41,896 nt of DNA from a virus (taxonomy: Duplodnaviria; Heunggongvirae; Uroviricota; Caudoviricetes). Shown here in pieces: positions 1 through 8,596 of this stretch. The position numbers and the translations under genes are program-made. The DNA lies in IMG/VR virus record IMGVR_UViG_2512047041_000010. One strand, given 5' to 3'. The first letter of the stretch is position 1; each line of letters begins with the position of its first letter. Below the pieces are notes generated by a model. That model had not been told where the DNA came from. It searched no databases and saw only the letters and a list, made by a program, of their open reading frames with translations.

Positions 1-516
1 ATGAAATTTAAAAAATGTCTTCTGCCTGTGGCAATGTTAGCGTCATTCACTCTGGCAGGATGCCAGTCAAATGCTGATGATCATGCCGCCGATGTTTATC
101 AAACCGATCAACTGAATACCAAACAAGAAACTAAAACCGTTAATATTATTTCCATTCTTCCCGCAAAAGTTGCCGTAGACAACTCCCAAAATAAACGAAA
201 CGCACAAGCCTTCGGCGCGCTTATTGGTGCAGTCGCTGGCGGTGTAATCGGCCACAATGTGGGGTCTGGCAGCAATTCCGGAACGACGGCAGGTGCAGTT
301 GGCGGCGGAGCTGTTGGCGCGGCAGCGGGTTCTATGGTGAATGATAAAACCTTAGTGGAAGGTGTTTCTCTAACGTATAAGGAAGGCACCAAAGTGTATA
401 CCTCCACCCAGGTGGGTAAAGAGTGCCAGTTTACGACAGGTTTAGCCGTTGTTATTACCACGACGTATAACGAAACGCGTATTCAGCCAAATACCAAATG
501 TCCTGAAAAGAGCTAA
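1..516 (+). CDS. putative lipoprotein with glycine-zipper segment (SlyB/Pcp-like)
   Basis: Complete ORF starting at window base 1; signal peptide ending in lipobox LAGC; Gly/Ala-rich stretch GALIGAVAGGVIGH typical of glycine-zipper lipoproteins. May be host or phage cargo. Confidence 0.6.
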   Translation: MKFKKCLLPVAMLASFTLAGCQSNADDHAADVYQTDQLNTKQETKTVNIISILPAKVAVDNSQNKRNAQAFGALIGAVAGGVIGHNVGSGSNSGTTAGAVGGGAVGAAAGSMVNDKTLVEGVSLTYKEGTKVYTSTQVGKECQFTTGLAVVITTTYNETRIQPNTKCPEKS

Positions 517-952
517 TGATCAGGAGGAGTCATGAAGAAAGTTTTTCTTTGCGCCATCTTAGCCTCCTTAAGCTATCCGGCTATCGCCTCATCATTGCAG
601 GATCAACTCTCTGCTGTCGCAGAAGCGGAACAGCAAGGTAAAAATGAAGAGCAAAGGCAGCATGACGAATGGGTCGCGGAGCGCAACAGGGAAATCCAGC
701 AAGAGAAGCAACGTCGCGCAAACGCCCAGGCCGCCGCTAACAAAAGAGCGGCAACGGCAGCGGTAAATAAGAAAGCTCGTCAGGATAAACTGGACGCCGA
801 AGCCTCTGCGGATAAAAAACGCGATCAAAGTTATGAAGATGAGCTACGCAGCTTAGAGATTCAGAAACAAAAACTGGCGCTGGCGAAAGAAGAAGCCCTG
901 AACCGCCCCGGGAATCCTGGAGACTAAACTTCCTGAGAAAGAGGTAAACAGG

Positions 953-1279
953 ATGACTAAAAATACTCGTTTTTCCCCCGAAGTCCGTCAACGGGCAGTC
1001 CGTATGGTTCTGGAAAGTCAGGGCGAATATGACTCACAATGGGCGACAATTTGTTCCATTGCCCCAAAGATTGGCTGTACACCGGAGACTCTGCGTGTCT
1101 GGGTACGCCAGCATGAGCGGGATACCGGAGGCGGTGATGGCGGGCTCACCACCGCTGAACGTCAGCGTCTGAAAGAGCTGGAACGTGAAAATCGTGAACT
1201 GCGCCGCAGTAACGATATCCTTCGCCAGGCTTCCGCTTATTTTGCGAAGGCGGAGTTCGACCGCCTCTGGAAAAAGTGA
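953..1279 (+). CDS. IS3-family transposase OrfA (HTH/leucine-zipper part)
   Basis: 108-aa ORF beginning [19 protein letters not shown], typical IS3-family OrfA; overlaps orfB start (ATGATG/TGA overlap at 1276..1279). Confidence 0.85.
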   Translation: MTKNTRFSPEVRQRAVRMVLESQGEYDSQWATICSIAPKIGCTPETLRVWVRQHERDTGGGDGGLTTAERQRLKELERENRELRRSNDILRQASAYFAKAEFDRLWKK

Positions 1280-2166
1280 TGCCACTGCTGGATAAGCTGC
1301 GTAAGCTGTACGGGGTCGGACCGGTATGCAGTGAACTACATATTGCCCCGTCAACGTATTACCACTGTCAGCAACAGCGACATCATCCTGATAAACGCAG
1401 TGCCCGTGCGCAGCGCGATGACTGGCTGAAGAAAGAGATACTGCGCGTATACGATGGGAATCATCAGGTATACGGTGTGCGTAAAGTCTGGCGTCAGTTG
1501 TTACGGGAAGGAATCAGGGTAGCCAGATGTACAGTGGCGCGCCTCATGGCGGTTATGGGACTTGCCGGTGTTCTCCGGGGTAAAAAGGTCCGCACTACCG
1601 TCAGCCGGAAAGCCGTTGCCGCAGGCGACCGCGTAAACCGTCAGTTTGTGGCAGAACGTCCTGACCAGTTGTGGGTGGCTGATTTTACTTACGTCAGCAC
1701 ATGGCAGGGGGTCGTCTATGTGGCGTTCATCATTGATGTGTTTGCCGGATACATCGTGGGGTGGCGGGTCTCATCGTCTATGGAAACGACATTCGTGCTG
1801 GATGCTCTGGAGCAGGCGTTATGGGCCCGTCGACCGTCCGGCACAGTCCATCACAGTGATAAAGGTTCTCAGTATGTATCGCTGGCCTACACACAGCGGC
1901 TTAAGGAAGCCGGATTACTGGCATCAACAGGAAGTACTGGTGACTCGTATGACAACGCGATGGCGGAGAGCATCAATGGCCTTTACAAAGCGGAGGTAAT
2001 ACACCGTAAGAGCTGGAAAAACCGTGCAGAAGTGGAACTGGCCACACTCACGTGGGTGGACTGGTATAACAATCGACGATTGCTGGAAAGGCTGGGCCAT
2101 ACTCCTCCGGCAGAAGCAGAAAAAGCTTATTATGCTTCCATCGGAAACGATGATCTGGCAGCCTGA
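1276..2166 (+). CDS. IS3-family transposase OrfB (DDE integrase core)
   Basis: 296-aa ORF with DDE-type transposase features (WVADFTYV ... HSDKGSQY ... DNAMAES); recognised as IS629-like OrfB. Confidence 0.85.
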   Translation: MMPLLDKLRKLYGVGPVCSELHIAPSTYYHCQQQRHHPDKRSARAQRDDWLKKEILRVYDGNHQVYGVRKVWRQLLREGIRVARCTVARLMAVMGLAGVLRGKKVRTTVSRKAVAAGDRVNRQFVAERPDQLWVADFTYVSTWQGVVYVAFIIDVFAGYIVGWRVSSSMETTFVLDALEQALWARRPSGTVHHSDKGSQYVSLAYTQRLKEAGLLASTGSTGDSYDNAMAESINGLYKAEVIHRKSWKNRAEVELATLTWVDWYNNRRLLERLGHTPPAEAEKAYYASIGNDDLAA

Positions 2167-2429
2167 GTTCACAGATAAAACACTCTCCAGGAAACCCGGG
2201 GCGGTTCAGCCCGCGTTAAGCGAGAAAACGAATTTATCGATCAGGAACTGAAGCACAAAGCTGCGCAAACCGATGTGGTGCAATCTGAAGCTGACGCAAA
2301 CAGAAATATGACTGAAGGCGGTCGCGATCTGATGAAAAGCGTGGGCAAAGCAGAAGAGAACAAATCGGACAGCTGGTTTAATTAATCGATGTAAGTAACT
2401 TCAAGCCTATAATTCTTGAAGATAAAAAA

Positions 2430-2456
2430 CCCTCTGTAGTAACAGAGGGTTTTGTT
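2430..2456. terminator. bidirectional rho-independent terminator
   Basis: AAAAAA-CCCTCTGT-agta-ACAGAGGG-TTTTGTT; A-run on one side and T-run on the other, so it can terminate both the plus-strand left genes and the minus-strand lysis operon. Confidence 0.6.
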
Positions 2457-2604
2457 CATTCATAGTGCAGGGATCAAAATCATTCCCACTCAATTATTTA
2501 CGATAACCATAACCAATTGAGTGATAACATTTTTCCAAATCTCAATTTTTCCCGTACCGTTTTATATACCGTCACCGGAAATCAGTACCATGAAAAATGC
2601 CATG

Positions 2605-3087
2605 CTATCTGGTCAAAGTGTCGTACTGTTTTTCGCAGACTCTTCCGGCTTCGGCTGCCCGGTCAGCATACTCTGCCAGTTGTCTGTTTCTCTCGAGAGA
2701 TTTGCTGAGCACGTCGGCAAGCAAAACTCCGGTGTCTGCGGCTGACGACCCAGCGCCGACAATGGCGTTATACTGCCTGAGCTGCTCACGGATGGCAAAG
2801 AGTTGTTGCTGCAACCGGCCAGCGCTAGCGGCAGCATCAAGAGCATCATTGCGCGCCTGGTCGATCCTCTGCTGAGCTTCACGTTCATTGGTCACTTTCT
2901 CCTGTTCGTAGTACTGACGAACTTTGTCTTCTTCGGCTTTGCGGTCTTCTTCCGCCTGAGCATACCCGGCATCGTACTGGCGACTGCCGTGTATATTCCA
3001 GGCAACCACTCCTGATATGACCAGAACAGCAAGCACTGCCACGATAAGAAACTGTTTCCAGTATGCTTTTACGAATGCCCAGATCAT
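2605..3087 (-). CDS. Rz-like i-spanin (inner-membrane spanin)
   Basis: 160-aa ORF with N-terminal TM segment ([18 protein letters not shown]) and coiled-coil periplasmic part; start overlaps endolysin stop; last gene of the lysis cassette. Confidence 0.7.
   Translation of the reverse strand: MIWAFVKAYWKQFLIVAVLAVLVISGVVAWNIHGSRQYDAGYAQAEEDRKAEEDKVRQYYEQEKVTNEREAQQRIDQARNDALDAAASAGRLQQQLFAIREQLRQYNAIVGAGSSAADTGVLLADVLSKSLERNRQLAEYADRAAEAGRVCEKQYDTLTR
2613..2849 (-). CDS. Rz1-like o-spanin lipoprotein embedded in the +1 frame of Rz
   Basis: Out-of-frame ORF wholly inside Rz; signal peptide [13 protein letters not shown] with lipobox, Pro/Ser-rich mature part. Start codon choice (2849) is an inference. 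Confidence 0.5.
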   Translation of the reverse strand: MMLLMLPLALAGCSNNSLPSVSSSGSITPLSALGRQPQTPEFCLPTCSANLSRETDNWQSMLTGQPKPEESAKNSTTL

Positions 3088-3713
3088 ACCGCCAGCACCT
3101 TACTGGCAGTGATGTACCGCGCTCGCCGGTCGTCGATGCCGTTCAGGCCACCATTGATAATCAGAGTTACACGTGCAATATCGCCGGTATACTTCATGCA
3201 TCCTTTGCTGGCGAAGAACCACGCCGCGCTACGAGCCGCATATCCGTCCTGCGCCAGCAGTTCAGGGCTCTCCAGCAGGTCAACCTTCAGACCGTTTCCG
3301 CAATCACGATAGTTATTCAAACCGGTAATCTGGATAAGTCCGCGCCCTCGGTAATTCCAGCCATCACCAGGGGCATTGTTCCCCATGCGTTTGCTGTATA
3401 CCAGATTTGCGATCGCGCGCTGGCGCTCAAGTGGCAATGGTGGTTCACCAGCACGGCGCCCCAGTGCATTAGCCTGCCCCTGAGTGAGACGCCCAGCCCG
3501 AACGAAGTTAGCCAGTCCGCTGACACTGTAGTTGAAATTCTCCTGCAACCTGGTGAAGCCCCCAGACTCATGCCCGACTTGAGCAATAAACATTGCCTGA
3601 TCTTCTGCTTTGCTGATACCAAACTCTTTCATCGCAGAAGTTATATGCGAGAACCAGCGTGCGGCCAGTGCCTCGCTGATACCAGCAGCTCGCTGGAATT
3701 GTTTAATCTCCAT
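3084..3713 (-). CDS. endolysin, glycoside hydrolase family 19 (chitinase-like lysozyme)
   Basis: Motifs [12 protein letters not shown] and [13 protein letters not shown] typical of GH19 phage endolysins; start taken at internal ATG (MEIKQFQ), which overlaps the upstream holin-like gene by 11 nt. Confidence 0.8.
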   Translation of the reverse strand: MEIKQFQRAAGISEALAARWFSHITSAMKEFGISKAEDQAMFIAQVGHESGGFTRLQENFNYSVSGLANFVRAGRLTQGQANALGRRAGEPPLPLERQRAIANLVYSKRMGNNAPGDGWNYRGRGLIQITGLNNYRDCGNGLKVDLLESPELLAQDGYAARSAAWFFASKGCMKYTGDIARVTLIINGGLNGIDDRRARYITASKVLAV

Positions 3714-4011
3714 GTTTAGACCTCGATACTTTAAAAATTTGAACGACGTTACCGCGCGTTTTAATAACCGCAGCCAGCATGACAGCGTTGATAATGACCT
3801 CAGATAAATCCACAGCCATTGGCGTACGTAACCAGATTGCATAGGCGACTCGAACAGGAATACTGGCCGCAGCAACAATCAGGAAATAAGCAAGCCATCC
3901 TCCCCACCTTCGATGTTGAGAGCCGTTACGCCGGAATGTGACAACGCGAATTGCTATGCCAGTGCAAATAACTGCATTGGTGATAAGCAAAAAAAACTCA
4001 TGCGTTACCAT
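3703..4011 (-). CDS. holin-like small membrane protein (second lysis membrane protein)
   Basis: 102-aa ORF with hydrophobic segments, between the holin and endolysin with short overlaps on both sides. Confidence 0.5.
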   Translation of the reverse strand: MVTHEFFLLITNAVICTGIAIRVVTFRRNGSQHRRWGGWLAYFLIVAAASIPVRVAYAIWLRTPMAVDLSEVIINAVMLAAVIKTRGNVVQIFKVSRSKHGD

Positions 4012-4402
4012 CGTCTTTTCTCCCCGGAATTAACTCGCGTGGATTATCGGAACGGTGATAGAGCCATATACCAATACGCACAGCGACAATTGCTGACACG
4101 AATGCGCCTGCAGAGAAAACAATCCCTTTTTCAAAAGAGTCCTGCGTGATGGTAGGGATCAGGCTGGCTATGCCGATAAGAATTGATGCTGCTGGTTTGT
4201 AAAAGAGAAGGCCGCAAAGAAAGCTGAGCATCGACAGGAGCACCCGGCGACGGATGGGGTACTCTACTGCAGAAGTAACAAAAATTACCGCCCCAGCCAA
4301 AGCCCCTAAAGCAACCTCCGGAGGGGCACCTGCAATAACCGCAGCAAGAGAACTAAAACTAAGCAACTGATTTAATTGCTCACTTGTTACTTGAGCAGAC
4401 AT
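3998..4402 (-). CDS. putative holin
   Basis: 134-aa ORF with several predicted TM segments and a charged C-terminus; SD AGGAGA upstream; first gene of the lysis cassette. Confidence 0.55.
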   Translation of the reverse strand: MSAQVTSEQLNQLLSFSSLAAVIAGAPPEVALGALAGAVIFVTSAVEYPIRRRVLLSMLSFLCGLLFYKPAASILIGIASLIPTITQDSFEKGIVFSAGAFVSAIVAVRIGIWLYHRSDNPRELIPGRKDDGNA

Positions 4403-4708
4403 ACTTTCTCCTGTTTACTATCTATAAGCCAGTCAATTATTGATGACTAAACCTGCATAGTAAACCATATATGAATCATTATTGTTCCATATCATATATC
4501 TCAATAAAAGTACTAATGATTTTACAGAACGAGCCAGCAGAGTGGGGGCAGTTGTACAGGAACCATAGACTTAATTTTGTATTTAATAATGCTATGGTGT
4601 AATAAACCTGAACATGTATTTAAAATACGTACTGATTCATGATAGAATTCAAAGATAACTTTTCACAAACTCCGTTTTTGATACCCGCAAAATATTGCGG
4701 GCTTTTTT

Positions 4709-7700
4709 TTAACGTTCTTCCAGAGACTGAATCCGCTCTTTTATCTTATCCATTTCTCTGCGCTGCCATGCTGCCTCGATATAGAATAAGAGATCAGGTC
4801 TGACCCCCCATCTAGATCCTGCTGGCGTTATTTCAACGCGCTCAATGATGTCTTCCATTACCATCACTGGATTATCATCCTCATCAACAATGATGCTCCC
4901 GTCATTATCAGTCAGCGGCATTTCCCTTTGGCCAGTAATGACGTCATCATATACTGCGGGATAATCGTCATAGCAAAGAAAGGCATAGCGGCATGTTGTG
5001 CTTTCTTCTTCCATGAGTCCGTGAGAAATAAGAACATCACGAAGTTGCTGCGCGATTACACCATGATGTATCCTCGCCCCTTCTTCCCCCTTTATAGCGA
5101 CAGCGTTCAGCCATTTATAAGCGATATACCTGACGTCACCCCAGGCATCCAGCAATGCTTCGTCAGGAGAGACCGGCTCTGTCTTTAATGTTCCGTCACT
5201 GGTAACCACAGGATTGGAGCCAAGATAAACTGTCGAGAACCTGTTTCCCGGACCACCAAGAGCATTTACATTATCAAGATAAGGTTTAACATCTCCGTTC
5301 TCAAAAAGATGTTCGAGTGCGTTATATACCGCGCGACGTGGAGTACTGCTTCCGGAACCATGCAACGTTATCATTGCACCATCTGCTGAAGACGTTGTTT
5401 CACCGCCGCTAACGATTAATCTCTGAGCGGTAACATCATCAGACGGTACTTTCTTCGCAATAATGGCGTAATTACCCTCAAGTTTGACTTCCGCGCGAAC
5501 TTGTCCTGATGTACCTGCATGGACAGTCAGTGACTGGACGGCAACATCATCTGTGAAATCAACGGGTACAGGAACCGTCCTCACGCCTGACGTCGACATA
5601 AAAGTAGGAAGCGTTCTGTTAGGAGTGGCTCCGTAGACAAAATCCCTTGAAACAAATTCTTCCTGTTTAATTTTCACCCTGAAACAATACAAATCAGCCG
5701 GGTGACCATCGTGAACATAAGGATATTTTCTGTTGTTATCCCCTATGCTCCATGGGTTTAGAAAGTCTTCCCCACCGAAAATGTAGTACAGCCAGTTGTC
5801 TTTGATACAAACTGAACCAACACCAACCGCAGAGTTAACTATTCCGCCCTGATAAATCTGATCAGTAACATTAACCCACTCTACATTATCCAGACTCCAC
5901 TCATTGACGTTAACTCTGGTCATAAATGTTCTTGGATAATTTCCTGCATAACGGTTATCAGGCTCTCCTCCTTCCCACTCACCAAATGCGCGCTCACTGC
6001 CAAAAATAACCAGCTCATCGCCAACTTTGGCAAAAGGAAGGTTTGAGTGATGAACATTATTTGGGAAGCGAAGAGAATTCCATGATGTACCTAAATCAGA
6101 GCTTCTGTGCAATGAACTACCGGGTTGAGTACTTAATGTCCCCCTGGTCGTCAGATACAGAATGCCATCATAATATTTTACACATGGCTCAGATGCATTC
6201 GCCTCATATTCTGCAGGTATGCGTCTGCGAACAAAGCTACCAGGAGAACCGAAAGCATCAGAGAAATAGAGTATCCCAAGCTCGCGTGGACCAATATCAC
6301 CATTATGGTAGCCAACAGCAAAACTGTTATCGCTAATCGTCGCAAAACTGTGAATCTCAGTAACAGGAGTGCTTCCGTCAACAAAAGAAGGAATAGTTCC
6401 AAGACTGGTTTTTCTCCATGGTGACGAGTGAAATGATGTGCCAAAACTCCAGTATCTACCCTCGTTATTCTGATCCACATCCTGGGTATTTTGCGTCGTA
6501 ACTGTAAAGGTATTTTTATCAATAACAGTAGTCACCGTCATATTCCCGGTAACACCTGTAACACCAGAGTTTGAGAAGTTGACAAAATCACCAGCAAATA
6601 ATCCGTGATCAGTAATGCGAATATAAGCGACTTGCTGATTTGCTGCTTTCGTTATACCACCATAAACGCGAAGGCTGCGACTCATTGGGCGATCCCACAA
6701 CTCTGCAACCTGCAGTTTATTTCCGCTCACGGTCCGCGTCTCAATTACAGCAAAAAGGCGATTTCTGACAACCCCCATACTCATGCAGTGATAGTTAACT
6801 GTGGGATAGTTTTCATGTAAATCTGTAAGCCATTCCGGCGTTGTCCAGGTCTTCCCGTCATCTCCTGAGCGAACCCATGCAACATGGAGGTTATTTACAC
6901 CATGGCGGTCTCCAGCCATAAAAGGCGCATAGATGACATTGTCATATACAAACGTTTTATCCTGCGTCCAGGCGTTGTACCACGGTGTATCTGTAATTTT
7001 AAATAACTCTCCCTGGATAAAATCTTCAGAAGCATAAAAAAGAGGCTGGCCCGGTATTCTCTCAAATAAAAAACGAGCATTTTTAAATCGACTGACATCC
7101 GGAAGAGTTGATACTTTAAAAGTAAGCCCTAATCCGTCAATTTTATAACCTGGAGATGAGGCTTCAAGGCACGCGCTTATTGCAGTGGAATCGTCATTTA
7201 TACCATCACCAACAGCTCCAAAATCTTTGGGGCTAATAGCATCACGCATTTTATCCTGGAACGTTCGGTACACAGCCCCAGAACCATACTGAATAAACCA
7301 ACCAAAACCACCAACAACCCCGGCGATTGCAGCATCGACATAATTACGCATTGAGCGATTATTTACAGCGTCCTGCTCAAATGATGGATCTGCAAGGTTA
7401 GAAATTTTGTTTTGCTTTGCATCGTAATATTTTGCAAGCAAAGATGGTTTCATCAATGCACGTCTGAACCACCCAAAACATTGCTGGATCAGCATCGTCA
7501 GGTAGTCAAAGGCATCTTCATGCACTTCGGGGAAAAATTTTCCCTGATTGCGAAGGTCTGTCTCCTGCACTACATCAAGCACACGATCTATCGTAATTCG
7601 CCATCCAGTAGCAAGCGGAGACGGAAGAACCACAGAACCGCCACTATAAGTGCCCGCCCCAGTTACCGTATAACCGGTATCCAGAACCAATTCTGTTACG

Positions 7701-7828
7701 TTCCCGTTCAGGTCAGACACCTGAACAACCAGGTCTGATTTTCTGAAAATTCGAAAAGTATACGGAAACGATGTCGTAACGCCGTTACCGGTGTATTCGT
7801 TGTGGTCAACTTCGGTTGAGACCGTCAT
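4709..7828 (-). CDS. tailspike/tail fibre with sialidase-like beta-propeller domain and C-terminal peptidase S74 intramolecular chaperone domain (putative endosialidase)
   Basis: 1039 aa. N-terminal block MTVSTEVDHNEYTGNGVTTSFPYTFRIF recognised as a phage tail-fibre anchoring domain; two perfect Asp-boxes (SGDDGKTW, SSDLGTSW) and an xRIP motif (FERIP); C-terminus (SDGTLKTEPVSPDEALLDAWGDV...ARIHHGVIAQQL) resembles the self-cleaving chaperone of endosialidases and T5 L-shaped tail fibre. Confidence 0.7.
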   Translation of the reverse strand: MTVSTEVDHNEYTGNGVTTSFPYTFRIFRKSDLVVQVSDLNGNVTELVLDTGYTVTGAGTYSGGSVVLPSPLATGWRITIDRVLDVVQETDLRNQGKFFPEVHEDAFDYLTMLIQQCFGWFRRALMKPSLLAKYYDAKQNKISNLADPSFEQDAVNNRSMRNYVDAAIAGVVGGFGWFIQYGSGAVYRTFQDKMRDAISPKDFGAVGDGINDDSTAISACLEASSPGYKIDGLGLTFKVSTLPDVSRFKNARFLFERIPGQPLFYASEDFIQGELFKITDTPWYNAWTQDKTFVYDNVIYAPFMAGDRHGVNNLHVAWVRSGDDGKTWTTPEWLTDLHENYPTVNYHCMSMGVVRNRLFAVIETRTVSGNKLQVAELWDRPMSRSLRVYGGITKAANQQVAYIRITDHGLFAGDFVNFSNSGVTGVTGNMTVTTVIDKNTFTVTTQNTQDVDQNNEGRYWSFGTSFHSSPWRKTSLGTIPSFVDGSTPVTEIHSFATISDNSFAVGYHNGDIGPRELGILYFSDAFGSPGSFVRRRIPAEYEANASEPCVKYYDGILYLTTRGTLSTQPGSSLHRSSDLGTSWNSLRFPNNVHHSNLPFAKVGDELVIFGSERAFGEWEGGEPDNRYAGNYPRTFMTRVNVNEWSLDNVEWVNVTDQIYQGGIVNSAVGVGSVCIKDNWLYYIFGGEDFLNPWSIGDNNRKYPYVHDGHPADLYCFRVKIKQEEFVSRDFVYGATPNRTLPTFMSTSGVRTVPVPVDFTDDVAVQSLTVHAGTSGQVRAEVKLEGNYAIIAKKVPSDDVTAQRLIVSGGETTSSADGAMITLHGSGSSTPRRAVYNALEHLFENGDVKPYLDNVNALGGPGNRFSTVYLGSNPVVTSDGTLKTEPVSPDEALLDAWGDVRYIAYKWLNAVAIKGEEGARIHHGVIAQQLRDVLISHGLMEEESTTCRYAFLCYDDYPAVYDDVITGQREMPLTDNDGSIIVDEDDNPVMVMEDIIERVEITPAGSRWGVRPDLLFYIEAAWQRREMDKIKERIQSLEER

Positions 7829-7931
7829 GTTAAATCTCCAGATAGTCGCAGCACCCGTTGCGCCGCATATCTGGTTATTCTATTACCTGAAAAACCACAT
7901 ATGGATAGAAAGACTGTAAATACGAATAGAT

Positions 7932-7948
7932 ATTACCTTTCAGGTAAT
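7932..7948. promoter_or_regulatory. operator-like 17-bp palindrome ATTACCTTTCAGGTAAT
   Basis: Perfect inverted repeat of the ATTACC-N5-GGTAAT family, upstream of the LexA box and the small antirepressor-like gene; same core as the site at 27053. Confidence 0.55.
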
Positions 7949-7984
7949 TTGCAAAACGTGCTGGATAGCAAACAAATTATTTGC

Positions 7985-8004
7985 TACTGTATAAATATAC
8001 AGTT
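7985..8004. promoter_or_regulatory. LexA (SOS) box TACTGTATAAATATACAGTT overlapping a putative promoter
   Basis: CTGT-N8-ACAG with an AT-rich spacer, 18/20 match to the E. coli consensus TACTGTATATATATACAGTA; lies 20 bp upstream of the ATG at 8024 and contains a TATAAAT -10-like element. Confidence 0.75.
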
Positions 8005-8023
8005 ATTGCATGGAGAAGATAAG

Positions 8024-8281
8024 ATGCAGCAGTATCACTATCCACTGGAAGACGGATTTACCGAAAGGATTCACACGCCGGGAGGCGTCAGGTCACTGGT
8101 GGAGGGATCGCACTTGATGAAATTACTCCGGGATCTCGATAAGGATGGATTTAATGTCGATGGCCCACTTGCCGAACTGACTGCACTGATTAACTACGTC
8201 ACCAGCTCACAGATGTCTATGCAGGATCTGCAAACACATCTCGACTATTGTGCCGAACAATTACGAAAACAAACCAGATAA
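8024..8281 (+). CDS. small antirepressor-like protein (paralogue of the C-terminal domain of the downstream Bro-N antirepressor), probably SOS-inducible
   Basis: 85-aa ORF with SD GGAGAAG; about 35-40% identity by eye to the last ~70 aa of the 8597..9307 product (shared IHxPxGV, LMxLL, DGxxVxG, QTH blocks); LexA box immediately upstream. Confidence 0.6.
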   Translation: MQQYHYPLEDGFTERIHTPGGVRSLVEGSHLMKLLRDLDKDGFNVDGPLAELTALINYVTSSQMSMQDLQTHLDYCAEQLRKQTR

Positions 8282-8311
8282 GATTTGAAATTACCAATAG
8301 GAGTGCTTATA

Positions 8312-8328
8312 TTTACCTTTGCGGTAAA
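8312..8328. promoter_or_regulatory. operator-like palindrome TTTACCTTTGCGGTAAA
   Basis: Same TTACC-N5-GGTAA architecture; nested inside a larger inverted repeat AGGAGTGC...GCACTCCT. Confidence 0.5.
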
Positions 8329-8360
8329 TTTACATCGCACTCCTCTTGTGCCATAGTAAT

Positions 8361-8440
8361 CGGGCACTGGCAAAATCCAGTGCCGGGATTGGCGTCCCGG
8401 GTTACTAAGTGGCGCATACCACGCCAGACGTGGTTTTTTT
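8361..8440 (+). ncRNA. putative small structured RNA upstream of the antirepressor gene (possibly c4/antisense-type regulator)
   Basis: No ORF; stem-loop GGCACTGG/CAGTGCC, second stem CCGGGA/TCCCGG, then intrinsic terminator CCACG-ccaga-CGTGG + TTTTTTT (8419..8440). Carries ACTAAGTGG, which recurs at the antirepressor RBS, with its complement CCACTTAGG in between. Boundaries are approximate. Confidence 0.3.
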
Positions 8441-8596
8441 ATGCGTTAAGCACAGCTATATCCGAATTATGGTGGGCTGGGCAGGGGTCCGAAAGGACGC
8501 CGGTACCACTTAGGCCGGTACGCCAACCTTGTCCAGTTCACCACCAGTAATTGGCGTTGCGGTGGTGATTAAAATCACTAAGTGGAGATAACCACC

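Larger units (their letters stand above)
899..2208 (+). mobile_element. IS3-family insertion sequence (IS629/IS1203/IS3411-like), 1310 bp
   Basis: Terminal inverted repeats TGAACCGCCCCGGGAATCCTGGAGAC ... GTCTCCAGGATTCCCGGGGCGGTTCA (recognised from memory as IS629-type ends); two overlapping transposase ORFs; flanking 4-bp direct repeat GCCC at 895..898 and 2209..2212. Confidence 0.85.
532..2385 (+). pseudogene. secreted coiled-coil protein gene disrupted by an IS insertion (N-terminal part 532..898, C-terminal part 2209..2385)
   Basis: ORF with SD AGGAGG and signal peptide runs into the IS left end; removing the IS and one copy of the 4-bp duplication GCCC restores a continuous reading frame ending at TAA 2383..2385. 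Confidence 0.6.

Noticed and set aside
3063-3719. 218-aa plus-strand ORF
   Set aside because: Lies entirely antisense to the endolysin gene, which has clear GH19 motifs and operon context; no SD and no coherent protein features.
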